Positions 9,421-21,925 of a stretch of DNA of 64,000 bases are shown piece after piece; within the stretch, counting starts at the first letter, position 1; the number at the start of each line of letters is the position of its first letter. This DNA comes from Callorhinchus milii (Eukaryota): NCBI RefSeq assembly GCF_018977255.1, contig NW_024704743.1, positions 105,028,001 through 105,092,000 of the forward strand, in the 5' to 3' direction. Made by a program: the position numbers and the translations under genes. Under the pieces are notes generated by a model. It did not search any database and was not told the origin of the DNA. It saw nothing but the letters and a program-made list of their open reading frames with translations.

Positions 9421-10489
9421 ACATGTTTGATTACAAGGCTTTACCAATTCCTTGTGGGGAATTTATGTGGCCCAGCTTGTCTCTTGTATGTGGCAAAGAA
9501 TCCATATCCCACATGAGTCAACGGAGTAAAACTTATGGTTTTTCTTAAGTCATAAAGTGGAAATCCCAATGACCCAAGGGAATTTTGTTCCAAAAGTAAA
9601 TTTCATATGAACAGAATTTCAATGGGCGGTGTGACGTGTTTCCAGTTAATGGAAAAGCATCTATTTTGTACAACTTGGTTTATTTATCAAGAAGTTCCAT
9701 TAAGAAAACCGGAAATTAAACCCTGTTCACGTATATTTCTTACATAGCGTTAACTAGCCCACAACCTGTACCTCCTAATTCAGAAATAGAGTATTGTGCT
9801 ACTGTGCTGTAGCTATGCAGCTGAAGCCCTGCTTTTAAAACATGTACATGCTTCAAAATAAAATACTGGTATCAGTATTTGTAGGGATCACCTGCACTGA
9901 ATATTCTTGGCCAGTAAACCCCTCAAATATATTGTGCTGATGATCTTTAATGCTAAATTCAGCAGTATCAACATCACAATTGGAGGATGGGTGTTGGACA
10001 AAATCCCAAAACACCAGACTCTGTCGTTAGATACGGTTTGTGTTGCGAGAAATGTTAATGTTCCAGAGGGCCACTATCTCCAAGGCCTTTGTCTGTTAAT
10101 CCTAAATCTATGGTCTTAAAATTTACAATTGTCAAAGGTTTGAAAAATTATTTTATTTTGTGTTAATATGGAAGTCGGTTTACTCGGTTCTTAAAACGAT
10201 TTATGTGGCAAAACCGATTTCCAAATTCAAACTATTTTTGGAAAAAAAATTACAAGAATGCTGCACAATCATAAATTTTCAGACAACAATCTGAAACAAC
10301 AAGTTTCAGATCAAAGGAAATTGTGGGTCTCAGATTGGTATATGTTGACATTGTTATTCACTATGTGAGAGTTTTAACGAAGATATACTGTATAGGGATT
10401 GTGATAGGGTTTGGCAATGTGATAAACTGCATAGTGTATTAAAATGAGAGAATAGGAGCAATAAACTCAGCACTGACAAATGTTATGAA

Positions 10490-10875
10490 GAGTCAGCCTG
10501 GTTCAGTAGCAGCGCTCTTGCCTCTGATTCAGAAGATTGTAGGTTCAAATACCATGTCAGGACTTGAAACTACATAGTCTAAGATGATACTACTTTGCTG
10601 TGGGTTGGATGAGATATTAAACCGAGGTCCAATTTACCTGGTCAGGTGAATGTTAAAGATCCCATGATACTTTTCGAGAAGGAATTTCTCCTGGTATCCT
10701 GGCCAACAATCCCCCAAATATATTGTTTCATGGCTATTTGTCAGTGTTCATGGCTGTGCACAAATGGACTGCCACATATGCCTACAAATACAGTCACTCC
10801 CCTTTACAGTAAATCCTGTGAAGTGCTTTGGGACACCCTCCTGACATGAAAAGCACAATATCAAATGCAAGGATG
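10490..10875 (+). mobile_element. Old long DeuSINE (SacSINE1-like)
   Basis: gctcttgcctctgattcagaagattgtaggttcaaat head; gatgagatattaaaccgaggtcc...aaagatcccatg body; gtgaagtgctttgggac...tcaaatgcaagg tail. Confidence 0.8.
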
Positions 10876-11204
10876 TATTTGAATATTATGTATGCAACAA
10901 AATGCATCAGTGGGGTTTCATTTGCAGTGAATCGTAACAGGGGTAATTAATATGAACCTGGAGCTGTAAACAGGCAATCCTGTTGGTAAATGGAAGTGTG
11001 TTTCGCTGACCAGCAGGGACCCTGCTGTGAAGTGTGGGTCAATGTGATGCACTGACTGGTCGATTGAATTAAGATGTGAAGTGGCAAGCTAATGCCTGGC
11101 TTGGTGGGCAGCAACTCTGATCGACAGAATCTTCAGCACCAACCAAATAATTTTCGAATGGTTTGATCCTAATTTTTGATGATTTAATGATTCCTTGTGA
11201 TCAC

Positions 11205-11412
11205 TTGGCAATGTGATAATTAACACTGGTGATAATTTAGCAGTGTGATAATTATCACTGGTGATAGTTTGGCAATGTGATAATTTGACGATGTGATAAT
11301 TATCACTGGTGATACTTTATCGATGTGATAATTATCTCTGGTGATACTTTATCGATGTGATAATTATTTCTGATGGTAATCGGTGATGGGTTAACTATCA
11401 CTGGTGATAATT
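11205..11412. repeat. 32-bp minisatellite with internal palindrome GTGATAATTATCAC
   Basis: Units start at 11211, 11243, 11275 (16-bp half unit), 11291, 11323 and 11355; consensus atgtgataattatcactggtgatactttatcg. Confidence 0.85.
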
Positions 11413-12899
11413 ATGGTGTCTTTTTTAAAATCCCGTTTTACTATACTGAGCCACACTGGCTGGCTGAAACCTTACATGTATCAGGATGCCTGAATCACAG
11501 CACCTGGACCTCAAAGGAAGACCAGAGCATCATGTAATGCAACACAAGTGAGATGGAAAAGGATTAACTACCCCATGTCAGTCTCACCAATTTCATCACC
11601 ATGGTATATGAGGCATTGAACAGAGGGCAGGTGGCTATGTGATGGGCTTCTACTCTCCCGACTTTCTCCTTTACACTTTGGTGGCTTCTGGACAAGGCAT
11701 ATCTCAGCATCTTCTGCAGATATCGCAGATTTGATCGAGTTATGCAGAGGTAAAGTTACCAATCTTGGTGGTGAGCCCTTACACAGTAACAGCTCTTCAC
11801 CATTATAATCACACACCAGTGAGCATCACTTGCAATAGAAGTATAACTGACATTGTTCATTGGTACCTGCTATTCTTTAGAAAGTGACCTGTTCATTTTA
11901 TGTGCTTCAGTGATTTCAGTTTTGCTCCTTGTTTTTAACACTGGATTCCTTGCTCTCACCAGACCATGTCAGATTGATCCATGATGATATGTACACTAAT
12001 AGATCCATTACTGTGACTTTAACACTGCAAAGCTATTGAAAAATAATTTACAGTTGATTATTGAAAATTTCTATTACAAATAAATGTTATAATGCACTAA
12101 TATATACATTAGATGCATTGCGTGAGGCTTACTTATAAGGAAAGCTAACAGATTATTCAGCTGTGTCTATGTAATTAATACGCAAATTCCCCAATGTTGA
12201 AAAATTAGCATAATGATAACAACACACGAGACGTCATCTGCTAAAGTGCAATTTGGGGTACTTTTTTCATAACCACATTTCTCCCAGGAATTATTTTCAA
12301 TTTATTCAGTACTTGACTAGTTCTCAAGGGAAAGTGGTATCCTGATGCTCATTGCTTCTGCACAGCAACCAGAGCGTTCTCACTCGGAAGCGTCAGCCTC
12401 TGCCCTAACCCCATCTGCTGTTTCTCCGTTCCCTGGGGACACAGAGTTCAAAGTATACTCCTGAGATTCACTGGAGTGAAATTAGTCAATCGAGAAAAAA
12501 GCAAGCAACAAATATTCTAACTTTCTCCTACATTCATTGTTTCCACCAAGTTCTGTGAATTAACTTGCACTTTTGAAAACTATTGTCTTTGGTTAAAAAG
12601 TCGAACGAGCTGCATGTAAAAATACTCATCTTTTCCTCCTAGTTTATGCTGCTGAAGAATCTCAAAGCACAGATCTCAAGCAATGATGGTAAAGGCACTA
12701 AAAAAAAAGTTTGTTTGAACTTCTGCTGAACGTGAGAGAGTTAAAATTCCTGAAACGATGAGCACATCATTTGTACTGAGTCCCAGTCAATGTGATATTC
12801 TTGTCAGCAAACTTTAATGTGAGGATAATACTCACTGTATCAGTCTACCAGAGAGAGCTTGTACTGGGGCAAGGCCGAGGATAATCTCTTCTAACTATG

Positions 12900-14028
12900 C
12901 TGGCACTGTGCTTGTGCAGAAGGTGGGGCGGGGCAGAGGAGAGGGTTTTGAATGCTCATCCATCTGCTTTTTCCCCTCTTGCTCATCATAAAATCAAACA
13001 CAAATATCTGTGCTAAGAATTTCAAGTGAACGCCTGCATTATCTATGTACAAAGTGAAATCCGAGCCCTTTTCCCCACCCAAGCCCCAGAGCATTATTCT
13101 TCTGGATGTAACAGAAGCAGCACATCTGCTCATTCTCCTCCTCCCAGCACACAAAAGTGTAAAGGGAAGCCTCGTTATAGTCTGGTTGGCTGGATCCAAT
13201 GTCTTAACCATAAGTGAGGGGCAAAAAGTAGGCTGGTATCTAGGTTGACATCTATCCTTCATATTCCACAACCGGTCCCTAGCCAGGACCGCTTTCCTCC
13301 ACCTCTACCACATTGCGAGCCTCCAGCCCTACCTCACTCCAAAAGCTGCCGAAATCCTTGTCCACGTCTTTGTCACCTCTCGCCTCGTCTACTCAAATGC
13401 CCTCCTCACTGGTCTCTCCTGCTGCACTATTCACAAAATTCAACTAATTTGAACCTCCGACATCCAGCGTTCTCACCCACACTAAACTCCATACCTCCAT
13501 TACCCCAGTCACTGTCAAACTCCGTTGGCTCCTTGTGGATTAATTTCAAGAACCTCACTCTTCTATTTAAATCCCTTCATGCCCTGGCACACCCCTAACT
13601 CTCCAACCTGTTCTCTCCCTACACTGCTGCCCACTGCCTCCATTCAACTGACTCTGACCTCCTCCTTATTCCCCGGACCCTCCGCCCCACCATCGGCAGC
13701 CATGCTTTCAGCCACTACGTTCCGAAGCTATGATACGCTCTCCCTCAATCACTTCAGCTTTCCCCCTCTCTCCCTATTTTCAGGTTGCACTTGAAGACCT
13801 TTTTCAACCGTGCCTACAATCACCTTTCTGCTCCCTCTGGCTCGGCATCTAGCTCTGCCACTGTTAAGTGCTCCAAGATATCGTCCGGCGTGAAGGGCGC
13901 TATACAAATGCAAGTTGTTGTTGAAAGGCTGGCACTGTACTTGTGCAGAAGGTGGGATGGGACAGAAGTGAGGGTTTCGGATGCTTAACCATCTGCTTTT
14001 TCCCCTCTTGCTCTTCAGAAAATCAAAC
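12900..14028 (+). repeat. Pair of 100-bp direct repeats (12900-12999 and 13929-14028)
   Basis: ctggcactgt(g/a)cttgtgcagaaggtggg...ccatctgctttttcccctcttgctc...aaaatcaaac; about 12 mismatches, no gaps. Confidence 0.9.
13243..13923 (+). mobile_element. L2 LINE 3' fragment (degenerate)
   Basis: Frameshifted RT C-terminal region, ending ggcgtgaagggcgctatacaaatgcaa(gtt)n. Confidence 0.8.
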
Positions 14029-14154
14029 GTAGGTTGTTCACAGGAAGCATCACTAACACCTCTTCCTTATCCCTGCGCATCTGCGCTATGAGCATACACA
14101 AGGTGCAGGAAATGACATAGCACGCATGCTCAGAACATGGGAAGTGACATCAAC

Positions 14155-14752
14155 ACTGAATGTGGACAAGACGGAAGCCATACTCCTTGGCTCCTGTCAG
14201 CATCTTTACTCCTGTGGATCTGAACTCAATAACCTCCTTGGGCTCTCCCTCACACTCACCAGTGTGCAATCTAGGCATCCGGTTCGATCCCCAGCTGTCC
14301 TTCCTGCCCCACATCTGGTCTCTGACCAGGACTGCCTTCTTCTACCTCTGACACATTGCCTATCTCCAACCATACCTTACCCCAAATACAGCCGAAATCC
14401 TCGTGCATGTGTTTGACACCTCCCATTTGGATTACTCAAACGCACTCCTCGCCAGTCTCCTCAGCTCCACTATTCAAAAGATCCAGCTCATTCAGAACTC
14501 TGCCGTCTGCATACTGACCCAGACCAAATTCTGTACCCACATCTCACCAGTTCTGGCCATGCTCCACTGGCTCCTCATCACAGAATGGATCGACTTCAAG
14601 ATCCTCACACTCGTGCCCAAATCCCTTCACTCTCTGGCACCTCCCTACCTCTCGGACCTCCTCACTCCCCAATCCACCACCCTCCGCCTTGCCCCATCTC
14701 TCCCCTTTTTCAAATCCCGCCTGAAAACCTTCCTCTTCAACCATGCTTACCG
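14155..14752 (+). mobile_element. L2 LINE RT C-terminal fragment
   Basis: Track ORFs give LNVDKTEAILLGS, NLGIRFDPQLSF, LDYSNALL..LQLIQNSA-like, HISPVL..LHWL and FKSRLKTFLF, typical L2 motifs split over frames. Confidence 0.88.
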
Positions 14753-15469
14753 GATAGTCAATGCTGGTTAGTGCCTGTCCACAGTAGGGAAAAGCACTGT
14801 AACGAGGGATGCTATAACAGGGCTCCGCTGGATCCCAAAAGATCATTCATCTTTCTCAGTAAAATCTGCATCTAGCGTTATCAAGGAAGCACTACACATA
14901 GACACAGACGGGGTATTTGGTATGCTCCATTTTATTCCAGGTTAGCATCATAATCCTCATATACGGTGGAAGATCTTTACACTGTCCTCTAAACTCACAC
15001 TGATTACTGGAAAAGGGACAGGATGGAGTATGAGGTTCTGGTGGGGAGCTCTAACAGCAGAGACACAATATACTCTTACATTGTTGTGATTCCTTTGCTA
15101 AGCTGATGATCTTGGCCCATATATTCACGATGAAAACACAAAATTGTGATTTTCTTCTTTGAAAGGAAACTGAGCTGCAAAATATTCTTTGTTTTTTCAC
15201 GTCTCATACTGTTTCTAATCTTTCAGAAATTGCCTCAAATAGCCCTAAATCGTGCCTACATGCAGTATTTGATGGATAACACTTCAGGATAATGGAGAAG
15301 AACTGATTACCAAAACACGTTACTTTCTACAAATTGCATGAAGCTCGATATGAAGCTGATTTCTAAAAAGTGATCTCACTGTGCCATTGTAAGTTTTTTT
15401 ATAAGATTTCTTTTTCGGTATAAAGATACAGCAAAAGTTTTTTTATCCTCAGCGATTAAGGTAAGATAG

Positions 15470-15763
15470 ACCCATGGGCAAGTTTTCTTACTCCACGTAC
15501 CGCTGTTTACCTGGCGGTAAACAGAAACCCAGTTGTTAGTTGATTGGTGAATTGCTTTTCCAGGGGTAATAATTCCATTTAGAAGAAATTTGCTCACTTC
15601 AATCCACAACTGTTTGTGGGATACTGCTGTGTGCAATTGGCTGCTGCATTTTGCCCACAAAATATACAGTCACTACACTTCACAGTATATTCCGTGAAGC
15701 GCTTTAAGATGTCTTGAAAGCTTTGATAAGGCGCTATATCAAATGCAAGGATTATTATTATTA
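15470..15763 (+). mobile_element. Young SINE, 5'-truncated/rearranged
   Basis: gggcaagttttcttactccac...tgtttgtgggatactgctgtgtgcaattggctgctg...caaatgcaagg(att)n. Confidence 0.8.
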
Positions 15764-16889
15764 TCTGATACACCCATAAGATAGACCTATCTGACTTCGG
15801 TAATGTCTGTTATTCAATTTGGCTTACTTTTCATACTTACCACACTATCTGACGGACTGGAGACAAGTAACTGAGAGTAAATCTAAATTGGTCACTAAAT
15901 TTATCAGCATTTGTGTAAACGTACAATGGATCCCGTGCAGCCATTTGCTACTTTTAGTGACCAGCGGAGAAACCTATGTTTTTTCTTATGAAGGCCTCTA
16001 AGTTATCCACATTTTTGTTGTTAGTTAGAATTTGCCCAGAGAACAGCACTTGCTTCCTGAACTGAGAATTTGGGGTAATTATATTCCAGTTTGTGGTATA
16101 AAATAACGTTCACAAACAAAGAATTTAGACTATTTACAATCATGCAGTGACAAACATTTTGGTTTCTATTCCTGGTCAGAATTATGACTGTGCAAAAGCT
16201 ATGCACCCTTAAGCCCTTTCAGCTGGTTAGAAACGCCAGTCAACGCTATTGTTTATGTTATATTGAACACATACCTACTGTTCTTTTAAAGATCTTGAAT
16301 TTCTACAATAACTTGCATTTATATAATGTCCTTCGAGTAACATCTTGGGAGTGCTTAATAGGAATAAAGTTAGATGCTAAGCAAGTGAGAGGGTGGGGGG
16401 AGGAGGAAGTGAGGTAGTCATAGGCAAATTTTAAGAACTAGTGTTTGAGGCGGGACTTAGAAGAGTTATTCCAAGATATTCTATTATTAAATATTTCCCA
16501 TCCTATTATAACCTCTTTCAAATGTATCGGATCCTGTGCAATTTACTCTTACAGGGTGAGTGATATAAGAAAGGTTCCCAGGGACAATAGCTTTCTTTAC
16601 TAAAGATTAAAACCTTTTATACACGAACATTGCTGCATTACAAAATCACATCTCTCAGAGGTAATGTAGACTTGTCATGCTTGTTGAACCATATCAGTTA
16701 AAACAAAGAAGGTTTTCTGTATAACACTTATTACAGGCCTACTTCTCCCAGTCGACACAGTGCACGTGTCCTAGTTAATGTATTTTTACGACCAATAATT
16801 GTAAACTCAAAAACACTAACCATGTAAAATTCACCAAGAAGATCGCTGTCCTTCGCACTTCAAGAACAATGTACAGTGGGCTCTTCTGA

Positions 16890-17230
16890 TGACTCAGTGA
16901 ATTAATCAATTAGGTGCACTGAGAGTTCAATGCCCGAATTGTGCCGAGACCTCAACTGGATTAGAAACTGAGGCACTGTAATTGACCTTAATGCACCTAT
17001 GTCGGGGCGTAGGTGGAAATCAGGCTGCATTGCTGCTCTTCAATGCTATCCAGAAACCTGGCTCAAAATGCAAATGCATGGAGGTTGGAAGAGGCTCGTA
17101 TCAGATTTGGCTATGATATCCCCTATATATTATATATATTATATATCCCCTATATATAACCTACCAACTCCCACCCCCTCCCCCAACAAGACTTGCATAT
17201 CAATAAGGGTCGCTTGGGTGAGATACTGAG
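16890..17230 (+). mobile_element. Ancient SINE-like element (third family), degenerate
   Basis: Body similar to 19440-19810 and to minus-strand copies at 24740-25015 and 49510-49770 (aattgacctt..aaatcaggc..gctatccag..gatttggct). Family not named with confidence. Confidence 0.5.
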
Positions 17231-18799
17231 CTGAGACTACAGCAAGCAGTCAATGCTCACTGGAGAACATGGAGCCAATTGTGAGAAAATATTATGGAGA
17301 AATAAACAATTTTGTTTAAAAACAGTAAAGAAATCAAGCATTGCTTAATGGACTCATTTAAGAAAAACAGCTTGATTCTGTAGTAGTAGGTCGGTAAAGT
17401 GAATGTTCTGGAAGGATGAGATCAAAGCGCCTTCTTAATCCAAACCTCTCTTGTGATCTTGTGAACTCAATAATTCTTATTTTGATGGCGAGAGGGAGAA
17501 TCCCACAATGATGTAAATTTTGCAGAATTTCTTAACTTATTCCTTAATTAAGAAATTTCGAGTAGGGAATCCTAGTAAGTGGAAATACAACATGCATGTC
17601 ACTCCGATACCAAGCAGACTCCCAGCTGAAGGGAAACTGTGACTCCAAATGGAGAGTAGAGAGAACTCCACTCCTAAATAGAGTTTGGGTGAAGTTCTCG
17701 CTAACCAGTATCATAGATTTCTTTATAACTGCATAATGACAAACATTGCGTATGAATAATAAAAAAACTTTCAATGCAACGCTTCAAACCCTATGGCAAT
17801 AGGAGTCACGGAGCACAGTATTTGAGGCATCACAACACAGTGCTAACAAAGACATTCATTTGTAGCCTCTCATTTATCTGGTTTACAATCTGTTTGTTTT
17901 AAAGGGTATCAATTCTTTTCCCTTTTGATTTGCTGGAAAATGTCTTGCATGCTGTAAGCTCCAAAGGGTATTCAGAACTCCAATGGTTAATGCAAATGGA
18001 GTTATGATAAGCTTCAGGCCAGTTGTCCCCTCATTTATTAGCCTGGCTGATGGAAGAGATTTGATGAGGCACTTCTGGCATAATTGAGTCATCACACAAA
18101 GAAGCCTGCTAGCATTCAGAGTGGTTTTATCAGCAGCAAACAGGCCTGATTACTGACAATTACACTCTGATCCATGGGGTAAGAAAGAGTAGGCAAAAAA
18201 AGTGGGAAATCTCCACATGCTTACACCCAGACATAATTTCTGCATTCATTTCACATACTGCATGGTTTCCATCCAAACATAATAAACCGTAAACAGAAGT
18301 TGGATGCTACAATTTACCTCAACGCTGAATTATAATGAATGCATCAGTGACCATCTGTAAGTTGAATTTGGTATAACAATTCCAGCAGGATATGAATTTC
18401 AAACTGTTTGCAAAAGAACAGCTGAACAAAAGCCACAACAACAACAGAAAGGCACATAATAAAATGCTGGACTGATTTCAATTGCTCATTTTGCTTGAAG
18501 TTAAAAAATCAAACCAAATATCTGAGATAAACACAGTGCAGTGCTACATTGTTTCTCTGCTGACTGAGGAAAATCACTTAATAATTGGTGCATGAGAGGG
18601 AAAACTAGTTATTAAAAATAATAATTGCTGAATCAAACAACAGATCATCACGGCTGCAGTAGTATTGCTTGACTATATGCTGTACCGAAACTTTTAGCTA
18701 TTACCTTGTCAAATCAAGAGACATGCTATGCAGCAAGCTGTGAAACTGGAAAGGCTTGGGAGAAAGGAATAAATTATTCCTTAAGTTACTTTAAATAAC

Positions 18800-19320
18800 G
18801 TAAGAACAGGAGAAGGCCCCTCAGCTCGTCAAGCCTGTTCTGCAAGTTTATTAGATTGTAGCAGATCTTTAATCCGATTGCCCTGCCTTATCCTCATCCC
18901 TCTTAAAACCGTTACTTCTCAAGTACAGTATGTTGGTCATTTAGTATGTTGGTTGCTCATCACTGTTTATGGGACACTGCTTTGTGAAAATTAACACACA
19001 TTGCTGTTCGTGGGGTATTGCTGTGCACAAATTGGAAATGTGTAGTTCCGTGCTGCACATTCTTGTAAATTTTTGTGTTTGTCTACAAAATACACAGTTA
19101 CTCCACTTTACAGTGAATCCTGTGAAGGGCTTTGAGATATCCTTCAGACGTGAAATGCCAGAATTATTATTTATTATTGCTATGTATCGACAGACCTCCC
19201 TTTTAAACATCCCATTTGATTTGTCTCCATGGTCTTCTGAGACAGTCCAATCCCACTTTTTCATTACTCTCTGTGGGAAGAAAGATTTCCTGACCTCTTT
19301 CCACAACATTCAACCAGTGG
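18800..19320. mobile_element. Minus-strand CR1 3' fragment interrupted by plus-strand SINE tail(s) (about 18950-19180)
   Basis: aagaacaggagaaggcccctcagctcgtcaagcctg CR1 end; cattactctctgtgggaagaaagatttcctgac CR1 RT; Deu core and tail in between. Confidence 0.6.
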
Positions 19321-19439
19321 TTTTAAAAGTACCATGTCAGGATATGAAAGAAAACATACAAGATTATTTTTTATAATAGACAAACACATGCAGTAGGCAC
19401 TATTTAACAGTACGCAGATAAAATAATACTTTAATCTTG

Positions 19440-19810
19440 CTTGCTGAGTTCGCTGATCTCACCCAACATGTTGGTAGAGCTGCTGCAATCAATGTCCTTA
19501 TGCTAGAGCTAAAAATCAGGCATAACGCTCTTAGAACCACAGCAGTTTAACAGTACACAAGACCATTTGGCGCATTGTGCCTGTCTGTACTGGCTCTTTG
19601 AAAGAACAAGCTTTATCAGGTGATTTTTGTTCTGCAAGGTGTGAACGTCAAGTGAGGGCAATATCTGACTCACTGTGAGACCTCATTGGTCAAAGAGCCA
19701 GGCAACACTTGTTGCCTAGGCTTATATGTGAAGAATGCCATTTGTGCCAGGTACCAGAGGGCAACAGACTCCTGGTTAACTGCATCCCAACATAAGTCAT
19801 TGGCTTCAAC
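19440..19810 (+). mobile_element. Ancient SINE-like element with short CR1-tail insertion
   Basis: tgctgagttcgctgatctca...aaaaatcagg...ctaggcttatatgtgaagaatgcc...ggtaccagaggg. Confidence 0.55.
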
Positions 19811-19954
19811 CCAGGAGAGAGTATAGACATTAGAAAGCAAAGCAACCATTACAAATACTGACAGCAATGTAAGATTTGTACAGCAATACTACCGACCAGG
19901 AGCACTTTGGTGAGTGACTAAATGCTTCAAAAACCTTTCTATTTATTTATTAGA

Positions 19955-20325
19955 ATTTAGTGGGTTCAAATCTCATGTCAGACTTTAAACTTACAGTCAA
20001 TGCTCACACTCGAATGCAGTGCTGGGGATGCTCTGTATTGTTGGAGGTGCCGTTCCTTTGGGTGAGCCATTAAACCAAGGTCCTGTCCGTCTGCTCAGAT
20101 AGATGATAAAGATCCTATGGCACTATTCGTAAAGAGAGGAGAGTTTCTCCTTGCATCCTTGCCAATATTGCCCCCAGATAAAATTGGTCATTCGCACCAT
20201 GGTTGTTTGTGGGCCATTATTGTGTGCAAATGGGTTTGTCTTCAAAATACACAGTCAATACACCTTACCATAAATCATATGAAGCCCTTTGAGATGCCCG
20301 TCTTAACGTGAAAGACCACATCAAA
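19955..20325 (+). mobile_element. Old long DeuSINE
   Basis: gtgggttcaaatc...ggaggtgccgt...ttaaaccaagg...aaagatcctatggcactatt...Deu core...tail. Confidence 0.8.
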
Positions 20326-21554
20326 TATTAAAATGCATAAATCCAGCGAAAGGCTAAATGAAAAGAGTTTGAGTCATGGATTTTGTTTTTAAAGATGAAC
20401 CACAAAATTATCATAATTGATAATACTGTTGGCAAGTTATCATCATAGTTTATATGCGTGTCAGCTAATGGTGACTCTAGTAATGGTTTAGCCCCATGGT
20501 GCCAAAACGTATTTCATTTGGTGATACAATGCAGAATTACGTGGCAGTGGATGAATATTTAAATCCTAATTTAAATGATCTTCTGCTGTTTTTTTGTCAC
20601 CATTGTCGTTACTGTGCTGAATTAATGGAGCCGCATAGCCACATGTGGCACTGGGAGTTATAGAGGCATGAATGCCATTTGGGCCCTCTGCCTGGTGAGG
20701 GATAGGGGGCTGGACCGAGTTTAAAAAGGAATTGAGGAGTCAAAATCCTGAAATGGTAGCATTGTACCCTCACCTTGTCTTATCAACATTGCAAGGTGGA
20801 CAAAAAAAAATCCACTATTAGCTGCACACATTAAAGGAGAGATTACCCATCCCTGCTCTTTCATTGGGGCACTGTGAAAAATCTCTCTCTATCTCTCATG
20901 TGTCGGGGGATGGGGGAAGGGGCAGGGATATTAAAATATGCCACTCTATTTGTGTTCCACTAAATAGAATTAGCGCCATGCGTCATGGTATAAATGATAG
21001 GAATAAAATCTCACCCTATGTTTGTTGTGAATATCTTTCCATTGTATGAAACTAGTTTGTGGATTTAATATTTTGCATTAAGTGCATTCAGTCCTGATTT
21101 CATGCTTGAGCTACAAAGACTACGCATGAATCAGAAAATCATATTTATAAACCACCCCAGTGCCTTCTTATAAAGGTTTTGAGAGCAGTTTGCACCAGTG
21201 TAATTAAACAAAATAACAATAATGGATTGCAAAGAATGACCTCCATCTTTCTGTTATGATCAATTACAAAACACTGTTTCAAAAGTGTCAAAGAAACTGT
21301 GCTGTAAGCCTGCTGCATGTTTAATATAACACAAACCCTCTTTTGAGATACTGAAATTTTGACAAAAATGATGAATATTATTGCAACAATCTCTTTCCCC
21401 CAGACTGAGAATTAGATGAACTGTTTCAGGCTGCTAGAGTGTATTTCATAACTATTAAAATTAAGATTGCACAATTACAATGCATGTGGTACATCATTAT
21501 CTTTCTCAGATGTTCAGAAAATGCACTCATATTGTACCACATATAATGCATAGA

Positions 21555-21925
21555 ATTACGTAGAATGTTACAGCACAGAAACAAATCATTCAGCCCAACT
21601 AGTCCGTGATGATGTTTATAATCCACACAAGCCCCTACCTACCTCTCCAATTCCCCTTATCTATGCTCCTCTATTCCCTTTTCCCTTATGTATGCATTGA
21701 GTTTCCTCTTAAACATATACAATACAAAATTACATTTGTAAAGCGCCTTTCACGTCGGGAGGACGTTCCAAGTCGCTGAATAGTTAAGCATTAGGATCCG
21801 AGCGGGGGCGGGGGGGGGTTGTTGGGATCAGGGAGGGTGGAGGGCAGAGAGAGTGGCTGAAGGCACGGTTAAAAAGAAGTGTCTTGAGGCGTGCCTTGAA
21901 GGAGGCAAGGGAGGAAGTGAGGCAA
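21555..21925 (-). mobile_element. CR1 3' end (about 21555-21720) followed by L2 3' end (about 21725-21925)
   Basis: tacagcacagaaacaaatcattcagcccaactagtcc; ttacatttgtaaagcgcctttcacgtcgggaggacg. Confidence 0.7.

Noticed and set aside
11131-11150. REST/RE1-like ttcagcacc
   Set aside because: Left half-site only; GGACAG half absent.
11205-11412. CRISPR-like 32-bp palindromic repeats
   Set aside because: Units are contiguous with no unique spacers, there are no cas genes, and the context is vertebrate.
11568-11816. 82-aa minus-strand ORF
   Set aside because: Non-ATG start, no recognisable homology and no convincing splice sites.
13243-14875. Cluster of overlapping ORFs suggesting an active retroelement
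   Set aside because: 5'-truncated, frameshifted L2 remnants with no intact RT core or endonuclease.
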